Below the pieces are notes generated by a model that saw only the letters and a list, made by a program, of their open reading frames with translations, searched no databases and was not told the DNA's origin. Source: a bacterium (GTDB lineage Bacteria > Patescibacteriota > Minisyncoccia > Phycocordibacterales > UBA12079). From it: a stretch of 64,000 bases of DNA. Positions 8,250 through 17,754 of the stretch are shown here, piece after piece. Position 1 is the stretch's first letter. Each line of letters opens with the position of its first letter. A program made the position numbers and the translations under genes. The stretch spans positions 26,727 through 90,726 of the forward strand of contig JAGYLJ010000002.1 of assembly GCA_018401295.1 (NCBI GenBank), given 5' to 3'.

Positions 8250-8933
8250 ATGATATCAACTTGGAGTGAGATATTAAATCAATCGTTTCAAAGTCTTTGG
8301 ATCGGTGTAGTAAGTTTTATGCCTAATTTGATTGTTGCCATTATTATTTTCATAATTGGTTGGATAATCAGCGCTCTTTTTGGCAGGATAGTGGCGCAAA
8401 TAATTCATTCTCTTAATATAGATAAAGTTCTTAGAAGAACTGGTGTAGAGAAAACTTTAAATAAAGCTGGTTTTCAACTAAATTCTGGTAAGTTTATCGG
8501 TTCTTTAGTTAAGTGGTTCATCATCATTGTATTTTTGGTGGCGGCCTTTGACGTATTGGGACTTGTTCAAGTTAACCAATTTCTACAGCAAGTAGTTCTG
8601 CTTTACCTTCCTAGGGTGATTGCTGCTGTATTAATTCTCTTAGTGGCAGCTGTTATTGCTGAAGTTGTTGAGGGGTTAGTAAAAGGATCAGCAAAAATGG
8701 CTGACGTTAAAGTTTCTCATTTTTTGGGAGTGATAGCTCGTTGGTCTATTTGGGTATTTGCAGTATTGATGGCACTTTACCAAATGGGGGTTGCTGCTAC
8801 TTTCATTCAGACTATTTTCACAGGGTTAGTCGTTGCTTTTTCTTTAGCAATTGGATTAGCTTTTGGTTTGGGTGGCAAGACTGCAGCCGGAGAAGCTATT
8901 GAAAAGTTCAAGAAAAATATTGGCAGTAAATAA
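8250..8933 (+). CDS. Polytopic membrane protein with conserved-TM-helix repeats (MscS-related-like)
   Basis: Several hydrophobic helices with repeated pattern; family assignment from memory. Confidence 0.6.
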   Translation: MISTWSEILNQSFQSLWIGVVSFMPNLIVAIIIFIIGWIISALFGRIVAQIIHSLNIDKVLRRTGVEKTLNKAGFQLNSGKFIGSLVKWFIIIVFLVAAFDVLGLVQVNQFLQQVVLLYLPRVIAAVLILLVAAVIAEVVEGLVKGSAKMADVKVSHFLGVIARWSIWVFAVLMALYQMGVAATFIQTIFTGLVVAFSLAIGLAFGLGGKTAAGEAIEKFKKNIGSK

Positions 8934-8951
8934 ATCAGATTGACCAGAAAG

Positions 8952-8990
8952 AAAAATCCACCTAATTTTTTTTGAATTAGGTGGATTTTT
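8952..8990 (+). terminator. Intrinsic terminator
   Basis: AAAAATCCACCTAATT...AATTAGGTGGATTTTT. Confidence 0.8.
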
Positions 8991-9000
8991 ATTATTTTTA

Positions 9001-9028
9001 TTGACATTATTGTAAATTTTGTTAAGAT
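9001..9028 (+). promoter_or_regulatory. Sigma70-like promoter for the rpsS operon
   Basis: TTGACA (9001-9006), 16-nt spacer, TAAGAT (9023-9028). Confidence 0.5.
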
Positions 9029-9077
9029 GTAGTTGTTAAATTGGACTCCCAATGAGGAGTTAGTTTTTTTAAATTAC

Positions 9078-9407
9078 ATGACAAGATCACTTAAAAAAGG
9101 TCCTTATGTGGACGAAAAACTTTTGAAGAAAATTGAAGGTAAAAAGCCAGCTGATATTGGTGTGATTAAGACGTGGGCGAGAGCCAGTCAAATATCACCA
9201 GAAATGGTTGGTTGGACTTTTGGAGTTCACAACGGAAAAGAACATAAGGAAGTTCTTGTAACTGAAGATATGGTAGGTCATCGTTTGGGTGAATTTTCTC
9301 CATCTAAGAAATTCATAAAACATGGAGGACGTATGCAGAAAGAATTAGATCAAAAGAAGAAAGAGGCAGAAATAGCTTCAGCGAAAGCAGCTAAAGCTTC
9401 AGTTTAA
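9078..9407 (+). CDS. rpsS: 30S ribosomal protein S19 (Lys/Ala-rich C-terminal tail)
   Basis: [12 protein letters not shown]... canonical S19 start; the track ORF begins earlier at 9033. Confidence 0.9.
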   Translation: MTRSLKKGPYVDEKLLKKIEGKKPADIGVIKTWARASQISPEMVGWTFGVHNGKEHKEVLVTEDMVGHRLGEFSPSKKFIKHGGRMQKELDQKKKEAEIASAKAAKASV

Positions 9408-9412
9408 AAATC

Positions 9413-9808
9413 ATGACAATTATTAAAGCAAAATTAAGCGATTATAGAGAGTCACCAAGAAAAGTACGTTTGGTAGCTGATTTGGTTCGTGGTAAAAAAG
9501 TTGAGAGGGCGCTACAAGAACTTAGTTTTGTTAATAAAAAAGCTACGAGAGTAATAAAGAAACTTCTAGAGTCAGCAGTAGCTAATGCAAAACACAACGA
9601 AGGGATTGATAAAAAAGATTTGCTTTTACAGGAAATTAGAGTAGACAATGGACCAACAATGAAGAGATTCAGAGCTGGCGCGAGGGGACAGGCTTATCCC
9701 TTAAAAAGGAGAACAAGTCACATTTCAATTGCTCTTGAGACTGTTACACCGGTTGTTGAAAAGGAAGAAACCGTTAATAAGTTAAAAAAATCAGATTTAA
9801 AGAAATAA
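9413..9808 (+). CDS. rplV: 50S ribosomal protein L22
   Basis: Translation and operon position. Confidence 0.9.
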   Translation: MTIIKAKLSDYRESPRKVRLVADLVRGKKVERALQELSFVNKKATRVIKKLLESAVANAKHNEGIDKKDLLLQEIRVDNGPTMKRFRAGARGQAYPLKRRTSHISIALETVTPVVEKEETVNKLKKSDLKK

Positions 9809-9809
9809 T

Positions 9810-10469
9810 ATGACACACGTAGTACATCCATATGCGCAAAGACTAGGAATATTAAGAGATTGGAAATCTCGTTGGTTTGGTTCGCGTGAACAATATAGGG
9901 AATATTTAGAGACAGATATTTTAGTTAGGGAATTTTTAGAAAAAGAATTAAGAAAATTTTTTATTAGTTCTATAGAAATGGAAAGAAGCGAAAAGCTTTT
10001 TAGAATCGTTATCAAGACTTCTCGAGCAGGGATGTTAATTGGAAGAAGTGGAGAAGGAGCACAAAAAATAAAAAATGATGTTTTGTCTTTCTTGAACAAA
10101 CATAAATTGTCGCAATCAAAAGAATTAAAAATTGACATAGAAGAGATTAGGTATCCAGAAACAGATGCCGCTGTCGTCGGAATGATGGTAGCAGAAGGTT
10201 TGGAAAAAAGGCTTCCTTTTAGAAGGATTTTAAAGACCACTATAGACAAGGTATCAGCTAGTAGAGATGTCAAAGGTGTAAAGATTGCATTATCAGGACG
10301 TTTAGGGGGAGCAGAAATGGCCAGAAGAGAGAGTTTGAAAAAAGGGAGAATTCCTCTTCAAACATTGAGAGCTGATGTTGATTTTGCAAAAGAAAAAGCT
10401 TATATGTCATATGGGATTGTAGGAATTAAGGTTTGGATTTATAAGGGGGACATTTTTAATAAGAAATAG
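9810..10469 (+). CDS. rpsC: 30S ribosomal protein S3
   Basis: Translation (KH domain, [10 protein letters not shown]) and position. Confidence 0.92.
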   Translation: MTHVVHPYAQRLGILRDWKSRWFGSREQYREYLETDILVREFLEKELRKFFISSIEMERSEKLFRIVIKTSRAGMLIGRSGEGAQKIKNDVLSFLNKHKLSQSKELKIDIEEIRYPETDAAVVGMMVAEGLEKRLPFRRILKTTIDKVSASRDVKGVKIALSGRLGGAEMARRESLKKGRIPLQTLRADVDFAKEKAYMSYGIVGIKVWIYKGDIFNKK

Positions 10470-10479
10470 ATTTAAAATT

Positions 10480-10905
10480 ATGTTATTTCCAAAAAAAGCA
10501 AAACATAGAAAATGGCAGACTGGGAGAGAAAATCCTGAGAAGGTTGGTGTTGCTACTCGTGGTAACAAGGTTTCTTTTGGTTCTTTTGGATTGAAAGCTT
10601 TGGCTGGAGCAAGAATTAAATCTAATCAAATTGAAGCAGCTAGAAGAGCTTCTAAAAGATATATTGGAAAAACAGGTATGATGTGGGTTAGAATTTTCCC
10701 AGATCGACCTTTCACATCAAAACCAGCTGAGGTAAAAATGGGTAAAGGAAAAGGAAATCCAGAGGGGTATTGTGTTCCAGTTAAACCAGGTAGAATTCTT
10801 TTTGAGGTAGACGGTGTTGATGAAAAAACAGCCAAAGAAGCGATGAGAAAAGCGGGTACCAAATTACCTGTTAAGACAAAGATCGTTGCTAGAAAAGATA
10901 TTTAA
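10480..10905 (+). CDS. rplP: 50S ribosomal protein L16
   Basis: Translation and position. Confidence 0.92.
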   Translation: MLFPKKAKHRKWQTGRENPEKVGVATRGNKVSFGSFGLKALAGARIKSNQIEAARRASKRYIGKTGMMWVRIFPDRPFTSKPAEVKMGKGKGNPEGYCVPVKPGRILFEVDGVDEKTAKEAMRKAGTKLPVKTKIVARKDI

Positions 10906-10923
10906 ATTTTTTATATAAAAATT

Positions 10924-11100
10924 ATGGATTTTAAAAAGAAAACAGATGAAGATTTGAATAAAACATTATCAGAAAAAAGATCTGATTTAAAGGATTTTCG
11001 TTTTGGTTTATCAGGAAGTAAAACAAAGAATGTTAAAAAAGGGAAAGAAATAAAAAGAGATATCGCGCGTGTTTTGACAGAAATGAATAGTCGTAAATAA
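10924..11100 (+). CDS. rpmC: 50S ribosomal protein L29 (58 aa, below the ORF-track cutoff)
   Basis: Hand translation MDFKKKTDEDLNKTLSEKRSDLKDFRFGLSGSKTKNVKKGKEIKRDIARVLTEMNSRK; lies between rplP and rpsQ. Confidence 0.85.
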   Translation: MDFKKKTDEDLNKTLSEKRSDLKDFRFGLSGSKTKNVKKGKEIKRDIARVLTEMNSRK

Positions 11101-11112
11101 TCAGTATTAATT

Positions 11113-11397
11113 ATGAAAAAAGAAACAGAAAACAAAAAAGAAGAAAAAATAGAAGCACCTAAAAGCAGAAAAAAAGTTTTAGGTGGTGTAGTTACTTCTA
11201 CAAAAATGCAAGATACTGTAGTTGTTTTAGTTAAGAGATTTGTAAAACATCCTAAATACGATAAATATATGACTATTTCAAAGAAATATAAGGCAGATAG
11301 TAAAGGAGGTGAATATCAGGTTGGAGATGAAGTTAAGATTGAAGAATGTAATCCAATATCAAAAGACAAAAGATTTAAAATAGCAGGTAGAGAGTAG
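11113..11397 (+). CDS. rpsQ: 30S ribosomal protein S17
   Basis: Translation and position. Confidence 0.9.
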   Translation: MKKETENKKEEKIEAPKSRKKVLGGVVTSTKMQDTVVVLVKRFVKHPKYDKYMTISKKYKADSKGGEYQVGDEVKIEECNPISKDKRFKIAGRE

Positions 11398-11479
11398 AAG
11401 GTGGAAAGTAGTAAAATTTTAGTAAAACAAAAATTTAAAAAACTACATTCTACATTCCACATCCTACATACCAAAAATT

Positions 11480-11851
11480 ATGATTCAACCACAAACAATA
11501 GTAAAAATAACAGATAATTCAGGAGGAAAAGTTGGCCGTGTTTTCAAAGTGCTCGGGGGTTCAAAAAGACGTTATGCTCGGATTGGTGATATTGTTGTGT
11601 TGTCTGTTCAGGTAGCTGAACCAAGGAAACAGGTTAAAAAGAAAGATGTTTTAAGAGCTGTGGTTGTAAGACAAAAAAAGGCTTTTAGAAGGAAAGATGG
11701 TTCATATATCAGTTTTGATGACAATGCTGTCGTCATAATTGACAAGGAAAAGAAAGAACCAAAGGCGGGAAGAATCTTCGGCCCTATTCCAAGAGAAATT
11801 GCTGATTTAGGTTACCAGAAGATAATTTCTTTAGCCCCTGAGGTTATTTAA
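11480..11851 (+). CDS. rplN: 50S ribosomal protein L14
   Basis: MIQPQTIVKITDNSGGK... Confidence 0.93.
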   Translation: MIQPQTIVKITDNSGGKVGRVFKVLGGSKRRYARIGDIVVLSVQVAEPRKQVKKKDVLRAVVVRQKKAFRRKDGSYISFDDNAVVIIDKEKKEPKAGRIFGPIPREIADLGYQKIISLAPEVI

Positions 11852-11860
11852 TATAAAATC

Positions 11861-12168
11861 ATGAAAATAAAAAAAGGAGACATTGTTAAAATAATTTCTG
11901 GTAAAGATAAGAATAAAACCGGTAAGGTCTTAAAGGCTTTTCCTGTAAAAGAACAGGTTGTCGTTGAGAATGTTAATTTAAAAAAGAAACATCAGAAAGC
12001 GAATAAAGGGGGACAGAAAGGTCAAATTATTGAGAAAACTTATCCTGTTCATGTTTCCAATGTGGCTTTTGTTGATTCAAAAACAAAAAAAGCACAAAGA
12101 TCGGGAAGAAGTTGGTAAATGGTAAATTTGTTAGAGTAAGCAAGAAAAGTGGTACAGTTTTAAATTAA
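11861..12168 (+). CDS. rplX: 50S ribosomal protein L24, interrupted by an apparent -1 frameshift near 12100
   Basis: Frame 0 stops at 12118; the conserved C-terminus IGKKLVNGKFVRVSKKSGTVLN is encoded in the -1 frame at 12100-12168. Confidence 0.8.
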
Positions 12169-12187
12169 GTCTGTTAATAACACTATT

Positions 12188-12751
12188 ATGAATATCAAGG
12201 AAAAACAAAAAAAATTTTTTGACGAAGCGAAAAAGGAATTTGCTTATAAAAATATTATGCAAGCGCCTTCATTGGATAAAGTTGTTTTGAATACTGGGGT
12301 TGGTAAAGCTTCTAAGGATAAAAAAAGATTGGATTTGATTAATGACCGTTTAATAAAAATATCAGGTCAAAAACCTGTTCCTAGAAAAGCGAAGAAATCC
12401 ATCGCTGCTTTTAAAGTTAGGGAGGGTGAAGTAGTTGGTTACCAAGTGACATTGAGAGGAAATAGGATGTTTGGTTTTTTGGATAAATTTGTTGATGTAA
12501 CCTTACCAAGAACTAAAGATTTTAGAGGACTACCTTTAAAATCAATTGATGAAATGGGTAATTGTACTATTGGGCTTAAGGAACATACTATTTTCCCAGA
12601 AACATCGGATGAAGAATTAAGGGATGTTTTTGGTTTATCTGTTACTATTGTGACTACCTCTGATAATAAGGAGGAGACAACTGCTTTTTTAAGGTATCTT
12701 GGTTTCCCTTTCAAAAAAGAGGAAGAAATAAAGAAAAAAGCAAGAAAATAA
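12188..12751 (+). CDS. rplE: 50S ribosomal protein L5
   Basis: Translation and position. Confidence 0.92.
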   Translation: MNIKEKQKKFFDEAKKEFAYKNIMQAPSLDKVVLNTGVGKASKDKKRLDLINDRLIKISGQKPVPRKAKKSIAAFKVREGEVVGYQVTLRGNRMFGFLDKFVDVTLPRTKDFRGLPLKSIDEMGNCTIGLKEHTIFPETSDEELRDVFGLSVTIVTTSDNKEETTAFLRYLGFPFKKEEEIKKKARK

Positions 12752-12774
12752 TTAAATTTAATATAAAAAAATAA

Positions 12775-12812
12775 AAAATAACACCCCAAGAAATTGAGGT
12801 GTTATTTTTTTT
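12775..12812 (+). terminator. Intrinsic terminator after rplE
   Basis: AAAATAACACC...GGTGTTATTTT plus T-run. Confidence 0.75.
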
Positions 12813-12838
12813 GGTTACTATAGACACTTCACTATAAT
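12811..12838 (+). promoter_or_regulatory. Candidate promoter of the inserted gene, overlapped by a 7-bp inverted repeat
   Basis: TTGGTT, 16 nt, TATAAT (12833-12838); inverted repeat CACTATA-n7-TATAGTG. Confidence 0.4.
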
Positions 12839-12917
12839 TAGTGTATAGTGTTGGACAGGTAGTTTAGGTTCGGGCTTTATTGAAATAAACATTTAAACGA
12901 AAAGAGGAGGATTTGAA

Positions 12918-13577
12918 ATGAAGAAATTGTTGGTCACACTGTTGGTTATGGGTATTTTTTTTGTGAGTTTACCTTTAGCAGATGCTTCTTTCTTTTTCAC
13001 TCGTTATCAAAATCAACAGGTGGAGGGGGGTGGAAGCATTGAGTGGACTTCCAGTATTATGGAGTTGGATTGGAAGGAGTGGAGTTTTGGGGCCGAGGTA
13101 GGAACTGGTCCTGATGGGTATATGTATACTGTTCCTTATTTTAATAGGAAACTTCCTTCTTTGGGAAAAGGTTGGGAAGTAGGGGCGAGACTTGAACAGG
13201 ACTCTCTTCAGAATACTTCGTTTGCTCCATCCATTCGTTATGCTGGGGTAACGGAGGTCTGGCCGAAAAATAAGTTTCTCTTTCTTCTTCAAGTAGATTA
13301 TTTTATTGGAGATCAAGAAAAGTTAGAAGTTTGGGGAAACGTAACATATCTTAGCTTCGGCCAGTGGCGTATTGGAGCAGAGGCATTTATTCGGGCCGAT
13401 CGTTTCGGTAATAGGAATTATCAGTTCCGCCCTCTTCGTCTTGGGTATAGATTCCCTGGTTTTGGTCCTTTTAAGGCGGTTACTCCTTTTACTATGTTTG
13501 AGTATCGCTGGGACAAATGGACGGAGGAGACCGTTGAAAGTAAATCGGGATTCCTCGGTGTTGTGTTTAATTGGTGA
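12918..13577 (+). CDS. Secreted protein with outer-membrane beta-barrel-like features, inserted between rplE and rpsN
   Basis: Signal peptide MKKLLVTLLVMGIFFVSLPLADA; strong RBS AGAGGAGG; aromatic/Gly-rich alternating strands; C-terminal ...GVVFNW; visibly GC-richer than its neighbours. Confidence 0.7.
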   Translation: MKKLLVTLLVMGIFFVSLPLADASFFFTRYQNQQVEGGGSIEWTSSIMELDWKEWSFGAEVGTGPDGYMYTVPYFNRKLPSLGKGWEVGARLEQDSLQNTSFAPSIRYAGVTEVWPKNKFLFLLQVDYFIGDQEKLEVWGNVTYLSFGQWRIGAEAFIRADRFGNRNYQFRPLRLGYRFPGFGPFKAVTPFTMFEYRWDKWTEETVESKSGFLGVVFNW

Positions 13578-13592
13578 AATTATGAATCTTTT

Positions 13593-13630
13593 GGGCTGGG
13601 AGGTAAGGTAAACCTCTCAGCCCTTTTTTT
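13593..13630 (+). terminator. Intrinsic terminator
   Basis: GGGCTGGGAGG...CCTCTCAGCCC then TTTTTTT. Confidence 0.8.
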
Positions 13631-13676
13631 ATAATTATATTTTAACAAAAGAAGGTTATTTTAATTCAATATTTTA

Positions 13677-13705
13677 TTGACTTTTGGGGCTTATCTTGAT
13701 AATAT
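13677..13705 (+). promoter_or_regulatory. Sigma70-like promoter restarting the spc operon
   Basis: TTGACT, 17 nt, TAATAT. Confidence 0.5.
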
Positions 13706-13750
13706 AAACCAGTATTCGCTGTATGCGAATTTTATTAAAATTAAAGGAAT

Positions 13751-13936
13751 ATGGCAAAAAAATCAGTAATTGCGAGAGCAAATAAAAAACCGAAGTTTTC
13801 TTCAAGAATCGTCAGAAGATGTTTTAAATGTGGACGAGGAAGAGCTTATATGAGTGAATTTGGTTTGTGTAGAATTTGTTTTAGAGAATTAGCTAACGAA
13901 GGTAAAATTCCGGGGATTAAGAAATCATCTTGGTAA
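13751..13936 (+). CDS. rpsN: 30S ribosomal protein S14, type Z (zinc-binding)
   Basis: 61 aa; CxxC...CxxC (CFKCGRG...CRIC). Confidence 0.9.
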   Translation: MAKKSVIARANKKPKFSSRIVRRCFKCGRGRAYMSEFGLCRICFRELANEGKIPGIKKSSW

Positions 13937-13945
13937 AAAAATAAT

Positions 13946-14341
13946 ATGAGTAGAGATTCAATTTCAGAATTAATAATAGGTATAAAAAACGCAGGTAAAG
14001 CAGGAAAAGATTCTGTTAAGTTTCCTTACTCTAATTTTAAGATGGCAGTTGCAGAGGTCTTAAAAAAAGAAGGATATGTTAAGTCTGTTTCAAAAGTTGG
14101 AAAAATTCCAAAGAGAGTCTTGGAGGTTGGAATCGCTTACAAAGAAAGAGATGTTCCTAAGATAAAAGATGTTGTTAGAGTTTCAAAATTATCAAAGAGG
14201 ATTTATAGAGGAACAAAGGATATAAAACAGGTAAAGAATGGTTATGGTCTTTCAGTTATATCAACTTCAAATGGAATTATGACAGATAAAGAGGCTAATA
14301 AAGCAAAAGTGGGAGGAGAGGTTCTCTTTAAGATTTGGTAA
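13946..14341 (+). CDS. rpsH: 30S ribosomal protein S8
   Basis: Translation and position. Confidence 0.9.
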   Translation: MSRDSISELIIGIKNAGKAGKDSVKFPYSNFKMAVAEVLKKEGYVKSVSKVGKIPKRVLEVGIAYKERDVPKIKDVVRVSKLSKRIYRGTKDIKQVKNGYGLSVISTSNGIMTDKEANKAKVGGEVLFKIW

Positions 14342-14349
14342 ATATTTTT

Positions 14350-14886
14350 ATGAGTAGAATAGGAAAACAACAAATAGAAATTCCAGAAAAAACAGAAGTC
14401 ACTATTACCGGTGATGAACTTTTAGTTAGGGGTCCTTTGGGTGAATTAAAAAAGAATTTTAAACCAGAGGTTGTAAAGGTAGAAATTAAAGATAGGATAA
14501 TTTCATTAGCTCCTTTAGAAGAGACGCCTTTTAGTAAAGCTCTCTGGGGGACAACTGCTTCTCATATTATAAATATGATAAAAGGAGTTAATGAGGTTTA
14601 CCAGAAAAAATTGATTGTTGAAGGGGTTGGTTTTAAATCTGAAGTAAAAGGCGATAAGTTAGTAATGAGTTTAGGTTTTTCTCATTTGGTTGAGATTGAT
14701 ATCCCTAAAGAATTAACGGTTACAGCAGAAAAAAATAATATCACAGTATCAGGTATAAATAAGGAATTAGTGGGACAGTGGACAGCTATGGTAAGATCTA
14801 AAAAGAAACCAGAACCCTATAAAGGTAAGGGAATTAGATATAAAGATGAGGTGGTTCGTCGAAAACAAGGTAAGAAGAGCGTATAA
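14350..14886 (+). CDS. rplF: 50S ribosomal protein L6
   Basis: MSRIGKQQIEIP... canonical start; the track ORF starts at 14335. Confidence 0.9.
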   Translation: MSRIGKQQIEIPEKTEVTITGDELLVRGPLGELKKNFKPEVVKVEIKDRIISLAPLEETPFSKALWGTTASHIINMIKGVNEVYQKKLIVEGVGFKSEVKGDKLVMSLGFSHLVEIDIPKELTVTAEKNNITVSGINKELVGQWTAMVRSKKKPEPYKGKGIRYKDEVVRRKQGKKSV

Positions 14887-14895
14887 TATATTTTT

Positions 14896-15246
14896 ATGGA
14901 TAAAAGTAAAACAAAAATTGAAAAGAGATCAAGACGACGTTTAAGGACTCGGGCAAAAATATCAGGAACAGCTGATAGGCCTCGTTTGACTGTGTTTAAG
15001 TCAAATAAGTATATTTATGCTCAAATTATAGATGATGAGAAGAAACAAACAATTGCTTCAGCTTCTTCGATTAAAATGGGAGCTAATGATTTAGTAAAAA
15101 AGGCTAAGTTGGTGGGAAGTGAGTTGGCTGAAATAGCAAAGAAAAAGAAGATTAAAGAAGTAGTTTTTGATAAAGGGGGGTATTTATTTACTGGGAGAAT
15201 AAAGGCTTTGGCTGATGGTTCTCGTGAAGCTGGGTTGAAGTTTTAA
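14896..15246 (+). CDS. rplR: 50S ribosomal protein L18
   Basis: Translation and position. Confidence 0.9.
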   Translation: MDKSKTKIEKRSRRRLRTRAKISGTADRPRLTVFKSNKYIYAQIIDDEKKQTIASASSIKMGANDLVKKAKLVGSELAEIAKKKKIKEVVFDKGGYLFTGRIKALADGSREAGLKF

Positions 15247-15260
15247 TTTGATTTAAAAAA

Positions 15261-15899
15261 ATGACAGAAGAAAAAGAAAAAAATATAAATATTAATGAAA
15301 CTGAAGCAAAGAAAGACGAGAAAATCGTTCCTGACGTTACTGGTGATGATGAAATAAAAAAAACTCCTATAGTGCCGGCAACAGCTGGAACTACGAGACC
15401 AACAAGACCAGCAAGAGTTTTCAAGAAGAATTCCAGTTTCAGAAGAAAAAGAACAGAACGTCCTAGATCAGAATTTGATCAAAAAATTATTAAAATTAGA
15501 AGGGTTACTCGTGTGGTAAAGGGGGGAAGAAGATTCAGTTTCAGTGTGGCGATGGTTATCGGTAACAAGAAGGGATCTGTTGGAGTAGCTGTTGCAAAAG
15601 GAGCTGATGTAGCTTTAGCTATTGAAAAAGCGGTTAAAAAAGCTAAAAGAGATTTGGTTAAGTTAAAATTAACTTCTAATAAATCAATTATTCATGATGT
15701 TGAAAGTAAATACTGTTCTTCTGTTGTTAAGATTTCTCCGACTAAAGAAGGAAGGGGTTTAAGCGCTGGTAGTTCGGCAAAAAATGTTTTAGAATTAGCT
15801 GGAATTACAGATGTGGTATCCAAGATAACTTCAAGAAGTAGAAATAAATTAAACATCGCTATGGCGACGTTACAGGCTCTGAAGGAATTTAAAATATAA
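15261..15899 (+). CDS. rpsE: 30S ribosomal protein S5 with a ~60-aa N-terminal extension
   Basis: Core RVTRVVKGGRRFSF...; followed directly by rplO with no rpmD. Confidence 0.9.
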   Translation: MTEEKEKNININETEAKKDEKIVPDVTGDDEIKKTPIVPATAGTTRPTRPARVFKKNSSFRRKRTERPRSEFDQKIIKIRRVTRVVKGGRRFSFSVAMVIGNKKGSVGVAVAKGADVALAIEKAVKKAKRDLVKLKLTSNKSIIHDVESKYCSSVVKISPTKEGRGLSAGSSAKNVLELAGITDVVSKITSRSRNKLNIAMATLQALKEFKI

Positions 15900-15904
15900 T
15901 TATC

Positions 15905-16336
15905 ATGCAACTTCATCAAATAAAAAGAAAAAATCCAAATAAAAAGGCCGTTCAGATTGGGAGAGGAGGGAAGAGAGGAAAAACTTCTGGTAGAGGCCAT
16001 AAAGGTCAGAATGCTAGGGCGGGTACTAGTAAGAGACCAGAAATGAGGGATATTATTAAAAAATTACCTAAAAAAAGGGGTTATCGTTTTAAGAGTATCC
16101 AAGTAAGGCCAGTGAATGTTAATTTGATTTCTCTTGAGAAAAATTTTTCTGATGGGGATAAAATAACTCCAATCGTTCTATTTGAAAAATCTTTAATCAG
16201 TAAAAAAGGGGGTAGTTTACCTGTTATCAAGATTCTATCAGATGGTAAAATTACAAAAAAACTTGTTGTTTCAGGTTGCCTTTTTTCAAAGACAACAAAG
16301 GAAAAAATAGAAAAAGCTGGAGGTGAGATAGAATAA
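15905..16336 (+). CDS. rplO: 50S ribosomal protein L15
   Basis: Translation and position. Confidence 0.9.
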   Translation: MQLHQIKRKNPNKKAVQIGRGGKRGKTSGRGHKGQNARAGTSKRPEMRDIIKKLPKKRGYRFKSIQVRPVNVNLISLEKNFSDGDKITPIVLFEKSLISKKGGSLPVIKILSDGKITKKLVVSGCLFSKTTKEKIEKAGGEIE

Positions 16337-16342
16337 ATTGTT

Positions 16343-17611
16343 ATGAACTTTATACATAAATTTAAGTTAATTCTTCGAGATAAAAATTTAAGAAACAGGA
16401 TACTTTTTGTGTTAGGGGCTTTAGTGGTTTTTAGATTACTAGCTTCTATTCCTATTCCGGGTGTTAATATTGAACGACTTAATGATTTCTTTTCTAATAA
16501 TCAGTTTCTGGGCATGTTGAATATCTTTTCTGGTGGAGGTTTGTCTAATTTATCTATTGTGATGTTAGGTGTTTCTCCTTATATTACTGCATCTATTATT
16601 ATGCAGTTGGCAACCATGATGTTCCCTAGGTTAAAGCAGTTGTACCACGAAGAGGGTGAAGCAGGCAGAAAGAAATTTAGCCAGTATTCTCGTATGTTAA
16701 CTATACCATTGGCATTTATTCAAGGGTTTGGTTTCCTTAAATTATTACAAAGTCAGGGTATTGTTAATATCATGGGTAATTTTGAGTTATTTACTAATAT
16801 TGCTGTTATTATGGCAGGTTCTATATTCTTAGTTTGGATAGGAGAGCTTATTAGTGAATATGGAATCGGTAACGGTGTTTCCCTCTTGATTTTTGCTGGT
16901 ATAGTGGCCAGTTTACCGACGGCTATTTCACAATTATATCTTGGTTTTGAGGTTACACAAATTCCTCTTTTGCTTGGTTTCCTTGCGGTAGCAATTGCTA
17001 TTATATTAGGGATTGTTATTGTGACAGAGGCAGAGAGACCTATTCCAATTAATTATGCTAAAAGAGTTAGGGGTTCAAAAGTTTATGGTGGTATATCTAC
17101 TTACTTACCGCTGAGGGTAAATCAGGCAGGAGTGATTCCTATTATTTTTGCCATGTCAATAATGTTATTTCCTCAAATGATTTTAAATTTCTTTGCAGGG
17201 ACAACTAATGAGGTTCTGAAGGTTTTTGTTGATTTTACTTTAAGAATTCTAGAAAACGGTTGGTTTTATGCTATTTTTTACTTTGTTTTGGTCTTCTTAT
17301 TTACTTATTTTTATACAGCTGTTACGTTTGACCCAGAGGCAATTGCTACTAATTTGAAGAAGAGTGGGGCCTTTATTCCAGGAATACGACCAGGTCAATC
17401 TACTTCGGAGTATTTAGGAAAGGTTTTGACCAGGATAACTTTGGTGGGAGCATTATTCCTTGGTGTTGTGGCCGTTTTACCTCTAATTATGAAAGCAATA
17501 ACAGGGATAGCTACTTTAGCGATTGGAGGAACTGCGCTCTTAATTGTAGTTTCTGTTGTTCTTGATTTGATAAAGAAAATTGACGCCCAAATCTCTATGA
17601 GGGAATACTAA
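16343..17611 (+). CDS. secY: Preprotein translocase subunit SecY
   Basis: 422 aa polytopic protein in the canonical position. Confidence 0.93.
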   Translation: MNFIHKFKLILRDKNLRNRILFVLGALVVFRLLASIPIPGVNIERLNDFFSNNQFLGMLNIFSGGGLSNLSIVMLGVSPYITASIIMQLATMMFPRLKQLYHEEGEAGRKKFSQYSRMLTIPLAFIQGFGFLKLLQSQGIVNIMGNFELFTNIAVIMAGSIFLVWIGELISEYGIGNGVSLLIFAGIVASLPTAISQLYLGFEVTQIPLLLGFLAVAIAIILGIVIVTEAERPIPINYAKRVRGSKVYGGISTYLPLRVNQAGVIPIIFAMSIMLFPQMILNFFAGTTNEVLKVFVDFTLRILENGWFYAIFYFVLVFLFTYFYTAVTFDPEAIATNLKKSGAFIPGIRPGQSTSEYLGKVLTRITLVGALFLGVVAVLPLIMKAITGIATLAIGGTALLIVVSVVLDLIKKIDAQISMREY

Positions 17612-17612
17612 A

Positions 17613-17636
17613 AATTTGCAAAAAAGTTTGCAAATT
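17613..17636. terminator. AATTTGCAAA-n4-TTTGCAAATT hairpin (member of an intergenic hairpin family)
   Basis: Perfect 10-bp stem immediately after the secY stop. Confidence 0.6.
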
Positions 17637-17754
17637 AAATTTTTAATTTTTGAATTTTATAAATAATTTCTAATGTATAAATTTTCGTGTTTAAAAATTA
17701 AAAATTTAGATTTATTTAAAAATTATAAAATTATAAAATTATAAAATTTTTATT

